DNA of 64,000 nucleotides from Polyangiales bacterium (lineage in GTDB: Bacteria; Myxococcota_A; Polyangia; Polyangiales; Houyiibacteriaceae), in NCBI GenBank assembly GCA_045106895.1, contig JBGCFM010000049.1, positions 1 through 64,000 of the forward strand, written 5' to 3'. This document shows, piece by piece, positions 17,510 through 27,619 of this stretch. Below the pieces are notes generated by a model. That model made no database searches, was not told where the DNA came from, and was given only the letters and a program-made list of their open reading frames with translations. How positions within the stretch are numbered: position 1 is the first letter of the stretch; every line of letters begins with the position of its first letter. Made by a program: the position numbers and the translations under genes.

Positions 17510-18919
17510 CTAGAGGACGTGGAGCTTGACGGTGTTCGTCCGCCCCGACGCGGGCCAGCCGGTGAGGAGGGCGAAGGTCTCGCCCTTTTGAGCCATTCCC
17601 TCGCGCGCCATGATGGACGTGGCGATTCGCAATGTCTCCTGGAGGTCCTCTGGCGGCACCTCAAGACGAGGCGTGACGCCCCAGCAAAGCGCGAGGCGGG
17701 CGGCGACTTGGTAGGAGCTGGTCATCGCGACGATGGGCGCGCGCGGGCGATACTCGGCGAGGAGCTGCGCGGAGCGACCGGTGCGTGTGATGGTGACCAC
17801 CGCTTTGAGGGGCAGATGAGTGCAGAGAACGGCGGCGGCACGCGCCGCAGCTTCGGGGACCGCCCAGTCTTCGTGGGCGATGACCTTGCGGTCGCGAACT
17901 TCGCGAGAGAGCGTCTCAACCCACTCCGTTTCGACCTCGCGGATGATGGCGGCCATCATCTCGACGGATTCCTTCGGGTACTTGCCGGCGGCGGTCTCGC
18001 CGCTGAGCATGACGGCGTCGGTTCCATCCATCACGGCGTTGGCGACGTCGGCGGCCTCGGCGCGCGTCGGGCGCGGGTTTCGAATCATCGAGTCGAGCAT
18101 CTGAGTCGCCGTGATGACGATCTTGCCGCGCTCATTGGTCTCCCGGATGATTCGTTTCTGAATCATCGGTACCTTCTCGGAGCCCATCTCCACGCCGAGG
18201 TCACCGCGGGCGACCATCGCCCCGTCGGCCATGTCGAGGATCTCTGCGAGGTTCTCGACGGCTTCGGGCTTCTCGATCTTGGCGATGACCGGCGTGCCTT
18301 CGGAGAGGTCTTGCGCCTCTTTGACGTCGGCGGCGGTGCGCACAAAAGAGAGCGCGAGAAAGTCGGCCTTGAGCGTGCCGACGGCGAAGGCGAGGTCCTT
18401 CTTGTCTTTCTCCGTGAGCGCCGGCGTCGACAGTCCGGTGCCGGGCATGTTGAGGCCCTTGCGATCGGAGAGAGGCCCGCCGTTGATCACGATCGTATGA
18501 ACCTCGTTGCCTTCGACGGCTTCGACGCGTGTTCGCAAGAGCCCGTCGTCGAGGAGGATCTCGTCGCCGACTTTGACGTCTCGCGCGAGAGCTTTGTAGG
18601 AGACGCTGCAGCGTTTCTCATCGCCGGGGACGTCGTCGACGGTGAAGGTGAAACGTGTGCCGTCCACGAGGGTGACGGGTCCGTTCGGAAACTTGCCGAC
18701 GCGCATCTTGGGGCCGCAAAGGTCCGCCAAGATCGCGATGGGCCGACCGGCTTCTTGTGCGGCGGCGCGGACCAAGGCTGCGTTCTGTCGATGCTGCTCA
18801 TGGTCTCCGTGGGAGAAATTGAGGCGAGCACAGTCCATTCCGGCTTCGATGAGCGCGGCGATGCCCTCGGGGGTCGTACAGGCGGGGCCAAGGGTGCAGA
18901 CGATTTTCGTGCGGCGCAT
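17510..18919 (-). CDS. pyk: Pyruvate kinase
   Basis: MRRTKIVCTLGPA, RLNFSHG, IAKIEK, MVARGDLG, ATQMLDSM, MLSGETA. Confidence 0.97.
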   Translation of the reverse strand: MRRTKIVCTLGPACTTPEGIAALIEAGMDCARLNFSHGDHEQHRQNAALVRAAAQEAGRPIAILADLCGPKMRVGKFPNGPVTLVDGTRFTFTVDDVPGDEKRCSVSYKALARDVKVGDEILLDDGLLRTRVEAVEGNEVHTIVINGGPLSDRKGLNMPGTGLSTPALTEKDKKDLAFAVGTLKADFLALSFVRTAADVKEAQDLSEGTPVIAKIEKPEAVENLAEILDMADGAMVARGDLGVEMGSEKVPMIQKRIIRETNERGKIVITATQMLDSMIRNPRPTRAEAADVANAVMDGTDAVMLSGETAAGKYPKESVEMMAAIIREVETEWVETLSREVRDRKVIAHEDWAVPEAAARAAAVLCTHLPLKAVVTITRTGRSAQLLAEYRPRAPIVAMTSSYQVAARLALCWGVTPRLEVPPEDLQETLRIATSIMAREGMAQKGETFALLTGWPASGRTNTVKLHVL

Positions 18920-19020
18920 TCTGCATGGGTACCACGCCGGGCCCGCCGCTTGGGGCACCAAAAGGCCGGATAAAATGAGCGCCAGACGACAGGAGAAACG
19001 AGTGCTAGGGTCTGGCCGGA

Positions 19021-19701
19021 ATGGAAGCGGAAGCCCAGGCGGAGAGCGCAGAGAGCCCAGCGCCCTCGCAAAAGCCGGCCAAGAAGAAGAAGGTCAAGAG
19101 TGTGGCCGAAGGGCCCCGCCTTCGGGAGCTTGGCCTCGCGGACGCCATTACCCTGGGAAATACGGCCTGCGGCATCGGCGCGATCCTTCTTGGGTTTCGA
19201 TATGCCCTCGAAGGCGGCCGTTTTGCCATCTGGTACGCTTTTCTGCTCCTGATCTTCGCCCTTATCTGCGACCTGATGGACGGCTGGGTCGCGCGATCGC
19301 GACGCGCCTCGCCTTTCGGCGGCGATCTCGACTCCCTCTCGGACGTCATCTCGTTTGGCGTCGCGCCGGCATGCTTGGCCTACGCCTTGGGTCTTCGCGG
19401 GGGCTGGGACTGTGTCATCCTTGTCTTTTTTGTGTGCTGTGGCGTGGCGCGATTGGCTCGTTACAACGTGATGGCGGATTCGATGCGCTCCGAAAGCGGC
19501 AAGGTCAGTCACTACGAAGGCACCCCCATCCCGACGAGTCTTCTCGTCGTGGCGTTCATGGCCGCGCTCTTCGGCATGGGCGACGCGCCGGACCATCTCA
19601 CGGCCTGGCAGGTCGGTCCCTTGGTGCTGCATCCCGCCGTGTTTGCCTACGCGTTGAGCGGAGCGCTGATGATCAGCCGCGTTCGCGTTCCGAAACCCTG
19701 A
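19021..19701 (+). CDS. pssA: CDP-diacylglycerol--serine O-phosphatidyltransferase
   Basis: DLMDGWVAR...FGGDLDSLSDVISFGVAPA, RLARYN, YEGTPIP. Confidence 0.88.
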   Translation: MEAEAQAESAESPAPSQKPAKKKKVKSVAEGPRLRELGLADAITLGNTACGIGAILLGFRYALEGGRFAIWYAFLLLIFALICDLMDGWVARSRRASPFGGDLDSLSDVISFGVAPACLAYALGLRGGWDCVILVFFVCCGVARLARYNVMADSMRSESGKVSHYEGTPIPTSLLVVAFMAALFGMGDAPDHLTAWQVGPLVLHPAVFAYALSGALMISRVRVPKP

Positions 19702-19791
19702 GCCAAATCTGCTCGGCCCGTGGACGTGCCCGCATAGGGCCGTGGCACATAGGGCCATTTCGACGTCACAGGCAGCGCGTAGCGATGAAGC

Positions 19792-20154
19792 GTGGTCGCT
19801 CCATTGCCCCCGCCCATCGCTCTTGCTTGCCACCGCTGCGGTGAGCGATTGGGCGCTCGCGCGTGGGTCGCCGTCGATGGCGGACGCCGCGGCGCTCACG
19901 TTGAATGCCACGATTGGTCGCAGATGCGCTTTCCCCACGACGCCCGACTTCGAACACTACGCCGTCTTTGGCGCCTCCTACCGCCGGGAGATGCCCGCCG
20001 CGAAGTCGAGCGTGCCGGTCGCTGGCTTCGGCGTGCCCGCGCGCGTTGGCCAAAGGGCGCCGCGGTGATCGCTGCGGAGCTCCAAGGGCGAATGGCGAAG
20101 GTGAGGAAAGCTGTAGGACCGCTGGTGCCCGGTGATGTCGTGCGACGGCTTTAG
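19792..20154 (+). CDS. Hypothetical basic protein with CxxC-x19-HxxC zinc finger
   Basis: CHRC...HVEC motif. Fills the pssA-tRNA gap with a plausible helical C-terminus. Confidence 0.45.
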   Translation: MVAPLPPPIALACHRCGERLGARAWVAVDGGRRGAHVECHDWSQMRFPHDARLRTLRRLWRLLPPGDARREVERAGRWLRRARARWPKGAAVIAAELQGRMAKVRKAVGPLVPGDVVRRL

Positions 20155-20239
20155 GGGAGGGCGTCCCCATAAGACAAACGTTCCTCACACAACCAGCTAT
20201 TGACGCTGCGGGTCCCTCGGCGTTAGATCGAAGCTTCAG

Positions 20240-20315
20240 GCGGGCATAGCTCAGTTGGTAGAGCGCCACGTTCCCAACGTGGATGTCGACGGTTCGAGTC
20301 CGTTTGCCCGCTCCA
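20240..20315 (+). tRNA. tRNA-Gly (CCC)
   Basis: GCGGGCA/TGCCCGC acceptor stem, D-arm AGCTCAGTTGGTAGAGC, anticodon arm CCACG-TTCCCAA-CGTGG, T-loop GGTTCGAGTCC, encoded CCA. Confidence 0.97.
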
Positions 20316-20489
20316 GTTCAACCTCGGAAACTGGGCGTGACCCAGGGGATGTGCGGCGAGCTGCCTCCGGGCGCCCCTTCGTGGCTACCGTGACGACACG
20401 CCTGGACCGACGTGGACGGCGACGGTCACGGGACGTGCGCACTGGGAGGTGTTCTCACTCGAGTGTGCAGACTGAGTGTTGCGACCAGC

Positions 20490-20663
20490 TCAGTCGATGT
20501 CGCCTCGCTCCAGCGTCGCTTCGACAAAGAGCGCGCCCTTGAGTTCACGTCCATCGAACCAGTTGCAGTAGAGGTCGCCGTCGGAGTTGCGGCTTCGCAG
20601 TGTCATGCGGGGGCCACCGGATCTCAACACCACTACGTCACCGGGCTCTAGTTCGTCGTTCAT
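20490..20663 (-). CDS. YodC / DUF2158 family small protein (57 aa, absent from ORF track)
   Basis: Manual translation [57 protein letters not shown]. GDVVxLxSGGPxMT and CxWF signature. ATGA overlap with kinase stop. Confidence 0.85.
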   Translation of the reverse strand: MNDELEPGDVVVLRSGGPRMTLRSRNSDGDLYCNWFDGRELKGALFVEATLERGDID

Positions 20664-22537
20664 CGTTCTTCCTTTTCGGCGATTCTAGCGCCCTTCTTCG
20701 ATGACCGCGTACTCGTCTGCTGTCCGATGAGAAGAGTGGCCACGGCTTCGAGGAGTCGGGCGGGGGAAAAGGGCTTCGCCAAGAGCTCTCCGGGAAGCTC
20801 TTCCGCGGAGCGTGCGTGCCCGCTCATGAAGAGCAGGGGAACGTCCGGCTGCAAGCTCTGCGCGCCTTCCGCGACGCGAAGCCCTCCGCCATTTGGCATC
20901 GAGACGTCGCTCAACACGAGATCGACGCTCGTTTCTTCGAGGGTGCGAATCGCTTCAAGGGGGCCACTCGCGCTCAGGACCGTATGTCCCGCGCCGGTGA
21001 GGACCCGGGCAGTACCGCGGAGCACGGCCGGGTCGTCTTCGACGACGAGAATGACGCCGAGGCGCGCATGGTTGCTTTCCGCGGGCGTCGCCGAATGCGC
21101 ATTGGGGGCACTCGCGCGAGGAAGCTCGATGAGGACTCTCGTGCCTTCCTCGGGCTCGGAGCACAGTGAGATTTTCCCGCCGAGGCGCGTGACGACGCCA
21201 TAGACCATGGAGAGCCCGAGTCCTGTGCCGCGGTTGTCTGCCGCTTTCGTAGAGAAGAACGCGTCGAAGGCGCGCTCGCGGGTCTCGGCGTCCATGCCGA
21301 GTCCATCGTCAGCGAAGACAAGGGTGACGCAGCTCGCGCTTGTCTCCTCGATGCTCACGCGGATCGTGCCTCCGCTCGGCATAGCGTCTTTTGCGTTCGT
21401 GGTGAGGTTCAAGAGCACCTGCTGAATCTCCGCAGGCACCCCGCGAACATAGACCGGGTGCTTCGGAAGGTTCACGGAAACCGAGATTCCTGTGCCGCTC
21501 ACGCGTTTCATCCACGAGGCCCCATCAGAGACGGTACTGCAGAGTTCAACGACGCCAGACCTCTCGCCGCTTCGTGAGAAGGCGAGCAAGCCACGCACAA
21601 GCGCCGCTCCAGAATCCGCGGCGGCGATGATCTCCTGGATGGCGTGCGGACTGTGCTCTAGTTGCGCGGACTCGGCGCTCAGTGTGATGACCGTCAGGAG
21701 GTTGTTGAAGTCATGGGCGATGCCCGCGGCGAGTCGGCCCGTCGACTCCAGCGCCGTTGCCCAGCGAAGCTGTTCCTCCAGCTGTCGTCGCTCCGTGACG
21801 TCGTGGACCACGCCGGTGATGGCGGCGCCGTGCTGACGAACTTGAATGGCGACGGAGCGCACGCTCTCGTCAGGGAGGAGCAGGCGTGACTCGACGGGAG
21901 ACACGCACTCTTCGTTCAAGCATCGCATGAGCTTTTTGATCGTCTCTTCGCGCTCACGAGGATGCAGCAGCGCGACGAGGCGCGAACGCGAGGGCACTTC
22001 GTCCTCCGTCAACTGGCCCATGCGTCGAAGTTGGTCCGACCACGTGGTGGTTTGGGTGTTGCCGTTCCAGGTGAAGCTGCCGACGTTGGCGATTCGCTGT
22101 GCGTCATCCAGGGACTGCTTGGCGCGCTTGAGCTGGAACTCGTGCTCGCTCCGGTGTGTCAGATCGGTGAACACGCCCATCATGCGGAGGAGCTCTCCGT
22201 CGTCGTCCCGAACGGCTCGAGCCTGCGCGAGGAAGAGGCGGACCACGCCATCGCCGCGAATGACGCGATAGCGCGACTCGGGTTCTCCGCCGTGGACGGC
22301 GATCTCCTCGGACTCGGCTTTGACCCACGCGCGATCGTCCGGGTGAACCATCTCGAAGAAGGTCTCCACCGTGGGCACGAACGATTTCGGCTCGAAGCCG
22401 AAGAGCCGGTAGAGGTTGTCGGACCAGTGCACAGCTTGGTCGCGCACGTTCCACACCCAGCTGCCCACGTGACTGATGCGCTCGGCGTCGGCCATGAGCG
22501 CTTCGCGAACACTCACCAGGTCGTCGGGGGAGCTCAT
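20660..22537 (-). CDS. PAS-PAS hybrid sensor histidine kinase / response regulator
   Basis: PAS_3 motifs (VHPDDR, LHPRER), [15 protein letters not shown]-terminal receiver LVVEDD...LSD...KPF. Confidence 0.92.
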   Translation of the reverse strand: MSSPDDLVSVREALMADAERISHVGSWVWNVRDQAVHWSDNLYRLFGFEPKSFVPTVETFFEMVHPDDRAWVKAESEEIAVHGGEPESRYRVIRGDGVVRLFLAQARAVRDDDGELLRMMGVFTDLTHRSEHEFQLKRAKQSLDDAQRIANVGSFTWNGNTQTTTWSDQLRRMGQLTEDEVPSRSRLVALLHPREREETIKKLMRCLNEECVSPVESRLLLPDESVRSVAIQVRQHGAAITGVVHDVTERRQLEEQLRWATALESTGRLAAGIAHDFNNLLTVITLSAESAQLEHSPHAIQEIIAAADSGAALVRGLLAFSRSGERSGVVELCSTVSDGASWMKRVSGTGISVSVNLPKHPVYVRGVPAEIQQVLLNLTTNAKDAMPSGGTIRVSIEETSASCVTLVFADDGLGMDAETRERAFDAFFSTKAADNRGTGLGLSMVYGVVTRLGGKISLCSEPEEGTRVLIELPRASAPNAHSATPAESNHARLGVILVVEDDPAVLRGTARVLTGAGHTVLSASGPLEAIRTLEETSVDLVLSDVSMPNGGGLRVAEGAQSLQPDVPLLFMSGHARSAEELPGELLAKPFSPARLLEAVATLLIGQQTSTRSSKKGARIAEKEER

Positions 22538-22701
22538 GCTCCGAGAGTACACGTTGCGCGTCGACCCGTCTTTATCGCGCGAGGCGTTTGTGCTCCCCCA
22601 TTTTGGCCAGGACGAAACGCGTGGAACTCACGTCTCGGACGACAGCGTTCGAGTGTGCGGCCCACATCTGGGAGCCAACCTTACTACCTAAAAGACAGGG
22701 T

Positions 22702-24648
22702 CTAAATCAGTTCGAGTCTGCAGGTGTCGCTGCATCCGTCGCCGCTCTCGGTGTTGCCGTCGTCGCACTCTTCGTCGATGTCTGTCTGTGTGACTCCGTC
22801 GCCGCATCGGGCGCCGAAGTCCATGCAGCCGGGGGCGCATCCGCTCGGACCGGCGCCGAGGTTGAGGCCGTCGTCGCAGACTTCGCCGAACTCTTCTTGG
22901 ACTTCCCCGTCGCCGCAGTAGGGCGTGAGCTCGCAGGTGGCGCTGCACCCGTTATACTCGGCGCCGTTGGCGTCCCCGTCGTCGCAGGCTTCGAAGCGCG
23001 TGACGATCTCGTCACCGCAGGTGAACTCACACGTCGAGGGCGCTTGGTTGAAGTTGGCGAGGGTGAGGCGGTACTGGGAGCGGGTGGTGTGTCTCTCTGC
23101 TTGAAAGACAACGGCCTCGTAAATGCCGCCCTCGCGCAGGTCGAGGGGTGCGAGGCAGCTGTCTGCGTTCATGGCTTCGTCGGCGCTTTCGCAGTCGGAA
23201 AGTGTGATCGAGCCATCGAGGCGTCCGTGGACGCCACCGATGTCAACGGCGAGGCGGCCGTTGATGAAGACCCAAACGTCGTCGTCGCCGCTGAAGGCCA
23301 GGACTTCGTCGCCGCCGTACTCAAACCAGTAGCGTACCTCGCTGGTGAAGAAGAAGTTCTGCAAGCCGGTGCTGTTGCCATCGGCGAAGGGCGTTTCAAT
23401 GCCCTCGGCGACGAACCCGGCGGCTGGGCTGCCGTCGAGGGGCATGCTCAAGGGGAAGAACGAGAGGCTGTCGAACTGGTAGGTGCCGCCGCCTAGGCCC
23501 GGCAGCGTCATCGTCTGTGCAACGGTTCGGTTTACCGTCTCGTCGCTCTGGTACCACTGGGCAAAGCTCTCGGGGCTGCTGACGACGTCGGAGGGGGGGG
23601 CGAACACGGGGCGCCCGTCGACGAGCGTCGTGTCCACCATGCCGAGTTCCGCGCCGAGGTAGCACTGAAAGTCCGGGTGCGAGAAGGGCGCCACCGCTCC
23701 GGGGGTTCCGGCGACGGGCGGAGAGCCCGTGGCGCAGCTGCCCATGAAGTCGCGGATGACGACGGGGAGAAAGACCTCATCGGCGTCGGGCAGCGGGACC
23801 TCGACGCATTCGAAGCCGTCTTCGACTTGGCAGTCCGCGCTGCAGCCGTCGCCGCTTTGTGTGTTTCCGTCGTCACATGTTTCTGGCGCAAACACCACGC
23901 TGTCTCCGCAGAACGCTTCGCAGGTGCCGTCGCTGCAGCTGGGCTCACGCGTACACAATGGCGTGCAGCCGTCGCCGATGAGAAGGTTACCGTCGTCGCA
24001 GCGTTCGGTGCCTTCCGCGACTCCGTCGCCGCAGGTCGTCGTGGTGCAGGTGACACCGTCGCAAACGAAGCCTTCTTCGAGGACGCACGTGTCCGAGCAA
24101 CCGTCACCGCTCACGAGGTTGCCGTCGTCACACCCCTCAAGGTCGACGCGCAGCCCGTCGCCGCACTCGGCGGCGGCACAGGCGCGAGCCACGAAGGGAC
24201 ATTCCCAACCTTCTTCGATGTGGCATTCCGCATCGCAGCCGTCGCCGGCGCTGTCGTTCCGGTCGTCGCAGGTCTCGTCGCCTTCGAGCCGCCCGTTGCC
24301 GCAGGTCACGACGCGCACACATGCCTCGCCCGCTTGAACACATACGTAGTTCGCCTCCGTGGAACACAAGTCGGAGCAGCCATCGCCGCTCTCGGTGTTC
24401 CCGTCGTCGCAGGTGTCGTCCCCGTTGATGATTCCATCGCCGCAGGCCGGCGCTCCTGCGTCTGGACTTGAGATGGGAACGTCGGGACGAGCTGCGTCCA
24501 CTGGACCGGCGTCTGCGACGTCGTCGCCGCCCCCGTCGTCGCCGCCGATGATCCCAGCATCAAACTCAGCGTCGTCGTCTCCTCCACAGGCTGCGAGAGC
24601 GACGAAAAATGAGAAGGCGAGGAAGAGACGTGACGGCATTGCGTTCAT
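22702..24648 (-). CDS. Lipoprotein with 8 Myxococcus Cys-rich (DUF4215-like) repeats flanking a fibro-slime domain
   Basis: Lipobox LAAC. CGDG...CDDGN...GDGC repeats (5 before, 3 after). NFFFTSEVRYWFEY...FSGDDDVWVFINGRLAVDIGGVH...FQAERH. Confidence 0.9.
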   Translation of the reverse strand: MNAMPSRLFLAFSFFVALAACGGDDDAEFDAGIIGGDDGGGDDVADAGPVDAARPDVPISSPDAGAPACGDGIINGDDTCDDGNTESGDGCSDLCSTEANYVCVQAGEACVRVVTCGNGRLEGDETCDDRNDSAGDGCDAECHIEEGWECPFVARACAAAECGDGLRVDLEGCDDGNLVSGDGCSDTCVLEEGFVCDGVTCTTTTCGDGVAEGTERCDDGNLLIGDGCTPLCTREPSCSDGTCEAFCGDSVVFAPETCDDGNTQSGDGCSADCQVEDGFECVEVPLPDADEVFLPVVIRDFMGSCATGSPPVAGTPGAVAPFSHPDFQCYLGAELGMVDTTLVDGRPVFAPPSDVVSSPESFAQWYQSDETVNRTVAQTMTLPGLGGGTYQFDSLSFFPLSMPLDGSPAAGFVAEGIETPFADGNSTGLQNFFFTSEVRYWFEYGGDEVLAFSGDDDVWVFINGRLAVDIGGVHGRLDGSITLSDCESADEAMNADSCLAPLDLREGGIYEAVVFQAERHTTRSQYRLTLANFNQAPSTCEFTCGDEIVTRFEACDDGDANGAEYNGCSATCELTPYCGDGEVQEEFGEVCDDGLNLGAGPSGCAPGCMDFGARCGDGVTQTDIDEECDDGNTESGDGCSDTCRLELI

Positions 24649-24735
24649 GATAGCGACTCCAAACGGCATCCCCCAACTCGTCTGTTGGGTTCCGCTGCTT
24701 TTCGTCACGACATGATTGCCGAGGCCGTCTTTGGC

Positions 24736-25440
24736 TTACTGGGGCCGGAGCGAGATGAAGAGGTTGATGGCCAGCGTGTGGGCCACGCGGTTGACCGGCT
24801 CGCGCCGAAGGTATGCGAAGAGGTAGCCCACCTCGAGACGAGCCCACGGCGCCATCTTGAGGAAAGGCCCGAGGAAGAGCCGGTTTTGGTCAAAGCCCGC
24901 AGCCGCCCCCCAGTCCGTGTCGTTGAACCCGACGAAGAGCTCGTCCCAAACCGCGAGGCCTACCGGGGAACTCTGACTTGGCTGCCAGTTCGCGCGCACA
25001 AACTGCCGAAAGCGAAACCCGACGTCGTCGCCGCCTTCGCTGAAGCGCTGCTCGAATCGGGTGCGTGCCTGGAGCGTCCAATTGCTCGTCGAGTGCTTGA
25101 GGATGGCCTGTTGCCAGAGGCGGTGCTCGCTGCGGGAGTCCGCGCCGTCGGTGAAGACGGGGACCCACGCGTAACCGACCCACAGGCTGAGCCAGTCGTT
25201 GACCTCGAGCCCAACGCCAGGGCGAACAATGACGACGGTGCCGGCATCGCCGCGTCGGGCGTGCAGATCGAACCAGAAACCCACGCGCGGTGTCTCAGGT
25301 TGGAATGCGCCGCTGCTCAGGAGCGCAGACCATAGCTGGAACTCATCTTCGCTCTGTGCTTCCGCGCGGGGGGCGTAGAAAGCGGAGAGTGTCACGAAGG
25401 TGAGCGCGCAGAGCAGGGTGTGTTTCTTGTTGGATCGCAT
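24736..25440 (-). CDS. DUF2490 outer-membrane beta-barrel protein
   Basis: Signal peptide, EHRLWQQ, RTRFEQRF, RFRQ, DELF, FDQNRLFLG. Confidence 0.85.
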   Translation of the reverse strand: MRSNKKHTLLCALTFVTLSAFYAPRAEAQSEDEFQLWSALLSSGAFQPETPRVGFWFDLHARRGDAGTVVIVRPGVGLEVNDWLSLWVGYAWVPVFTDGADSRSEHRLWQQAILKHSTSNWTLQARTRFEQRFSEGGDDVGFRFRQFVRANWQPSQSSPVGLAVWDELFVGFNDTDWGAAAGFDQNRLFLGPFLKMAPWARLEVGYLFAYLRREPVNRVAHTLAINLFISLRPQ

Positions 25441-25550
25441 GGCGCGTAGATACGAGCACGGGCTGGAGCTCGATTCAATATCTCCCACACCCGAACATCC
25501 CGCGGGTGCTACACAGAGTCGTCGCCCTCCCATGTCATCAAGAGACGCTC

Positions 25551-26996
25551 TTGCCCTTCCGCCACGCCATATTTCATCGAACCTGCTTTTGCGTCGCCGC
25601 CGCCGCGATGCTTGCGTGCGGAACGGCATCGCTACCGGTGCCGAGCCACGCAACCTTCGAGGCGTTTCATGAGCACATCGTCCCAGCGGCCGAGTGTCGG
25701 TCGCCGGGGCTGGCTGCGCTGTCGTCGCAGGAGATGCTCGAAGATATCGCCACCCTCGAACGGCTCATCACGCGGGGTTACGCGGGCTACGACGCGATGA
25801 CGCCAGCGGAGTGGGCGACGATCTTTCGCGCCCTCCAGGGCGACGCGCCTCACGCGGCGTCTAGCGCCGAGTTTCGCGATTATCTCGCCGCCGGTCTCCG
25901 GCGCGTCGACGACAATCACGTGGGGCTCTGGTCCTTCGACCCAGCGCGCACGTTTCGATCGACAAGCGGCCACGCACGTCCGTACGTCGGCCCTGCGCTG
26001 ACCCGAAGCGAAACGGGCGAAGAAGGCTGGCTTTTGGATGGCGAGCCGGTCGGCACGTGCCGCGCTCAGGGAGACGTTGTCGCTCCGAAGGCGGTCTGGG
26101 GCGACGAGGGGCTGACCCATCGCCATGTGCTTCTCTCACGCGAGCCGCTCACTTCACTCTCGTGTGAGCTTGGCGTCGTTGAGCTCGAAGAGCTGCGGGT
26201 AGACTACGTGCGCGGACCTGCCTTCGAACGTATCGAGGCACCTTTCCCCTGGCTTCGGCTTCGCAGCCTCATGACCACGCACGCCGGCGCTCTCGACGGT
26301 TTCGTCGCGTCGGCCCGTGAGGTCCGCGACGAGCCCGTTGTCGTCGTGGACCTTCGCCACACTGGCGGCGGGAGCGACCGCTACCTGCGACGCTTCTTTG
26401 CAGCTTTTGCCCACGAGCCGCTCGACTATTGGCAGACGGGGACCCTGCGAAGCGAAACCATGCTGCAGGGGGGCCTCAACTTCTGGTCTTGCGTCCGGGC
26501 GAATAGCGCCGGGCGTGACGCCGCCGGGCGCGCTTGGTTGGACGCACGCATCGAACGCGCGGAGCGGGAGATCGAGCGAGACATGAACGAACGCGGCGCG
26601 TTTCGAGAGGTCATCGAACGAGAGATGCCCGTTGCGCCGGAGAGGCCGGAGCCGTTCCGCGGTCGACTTGTGGTGGTCGTCGATCGAGGCTGCATGTCGG
26701 CGTGCGAGAGCGCCGTCGTCTTGGCCCGGAACATCCCCGGGGCACTCATCGTCGGAGAGAACTCCGGGGGCGTGATGAAGGTCGGAGAGCTGCGTTGGTA
26801 TCGCCTCCCCGCGAGCCACGTGTGGATCTCCCTCGGACACCGCAGTCACGGCGACCCCGAAGGTGAGTTTCGGGAAGCGCGAGGCTTCGAGCCTCGTCTT
26901 TGGCTCGCACCGGGGAGAACGGATGCACGCATTCGGGACCTTGCGATGTGTCTCGGCGATGCCGAGTGCGCGAATGGTTTGGAGGATGTTCTGTGA
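25551..26996 (+). CDS. S41 family peptidase (lipoprotein)
   Basis: MLAC lipobox, DDNH, VVVDLRHTGGG, CMSACE, GENSGG. Start uncertain (25506-25608). Confidence 0.8.
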   Translation: MPFRHAIFHRTCFCVAAAAMLACGTASLPVPSHATFEAFHEHIVPAAECRSPGLAALSSQEMLEDIATLERLITRGYAGYDAMTPAEWATIFRALQGDAPHAASSAEFRDYLAAGLRRVDDNHVGLWSFDPARTFRSTSGHARPYVGPALTRSETGEEGWLLDGEPVGTCRAQGDVVAPKAVWGDEGLTHRHVLLSREPLTSLSCELGVVELEELRVDYVRGPAFERIEAPFPWLRLRSLMTTHAGALDGFVASAREVRDEPVVVVDLRHTGGGSDRYLRRFFAAFAHEPLDYWQTGTLRSETMLQGGLNFWSCVRANSAGRDAAGRAWLDARIERAEREIERDMNERGAFREVIEREMPVAPERPEPFRGRLVVVVDRGCMSACESAVVLARNIPGALIVGENSGGVMKVGELRWYRLPASHVWISLGHRSHGDPEGEFREARGFEPRLWLAPGRTDARIRDLAMCLGDAECANGLEDVL

Positions 26997-27619
26997 CCCG
27001 TGGTAGTCGATTCCTGCGCGCATCGGCGCCCCTCGCGTTCGCGGCGCTGAGCTTCTTCTGGGCGAGCCGAGCACACGCCGCGTATGACCCTGAGACGGAC
27101 GCGTGGGTCATCGGCATGGGCGACCCTTCGCCCTTTGGCTACTTTGCCGTCGCCCTTTATCTGTTCACTGCGTTCCTTTTCCACCGGCGTCAGCGTTTGG
27201 ACGGCGACGGATACAGCAAAGCGGCGAGCTACATGATGCTCTTCTTGGCGCTGAACAAAGCACTGGATTTGCAGACAGGCCTCGCTGACTGGGGAAAACA
27301 GGCGGCTCTTCGCGGCGGTTGGTACGGCGTTCGCTACATCGAGCAGCTGACGTTTATCGGCGCGGGCATCGCGTTTGGGCTGTGGGCGCTTTGGTTCCTA
27401 CCGAGGAAGCTCGGGCCGAAGTGGCCGGAGCATCGCGTGTCGGCCCTCGCGTCGACGGCGCTCATCGTGTTCATCCTCGTTCGCGCGTCCTCGCTTCATC
27501 AGCTGGCGTTTCTTAGCGATGAGTGGGCCGGTTTTCGTGTGGGCACGACCATCGAAGTGGTTCTGCTAGCAGCGGTGATCGCCGGCGTGCGGAAGAGTAT
27601 TCGCTCAGTCACCACGTAG
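26993..27619 (+). CDS. Integral membrane protein (W-x-IG-x-GDP...LNKxLDLQT...GWY type)
   Basis: GTG overlapping the S41 stop, GGAGGA RBS, about 5-6 TM segments. Confidence 0.7.
   Translation: MTRGSRFLRASAPLAFAALSFFWASRAHAAYDPETDAWVIGMGDPSPFGYFAVALYLFTAFLFHRRQRLDGDGYSKAASYMMLFLALNKALDLQTGLADWGKQAALRGGWYGVRYIEQLTFIGAGIAFGLWALWFLPRKLGPKWPEHRVSALASTALIVFILVRASSLHQLAFLSDEWAGFRVGTTIEVVLLAAVIAGVRKSIRSVTT

Noticed and set aside
17519..18973. 484-aa + strand ORF
   Set aside because: Antisense shadow of pyk, typical of high-GC codon bias. No motifs.
20200..20229. Sigma70 promoter for tRNA-Gly
   Set aside because: Good -35 (TTGACG) but only a weak -10 at 17-18 bp spacing.
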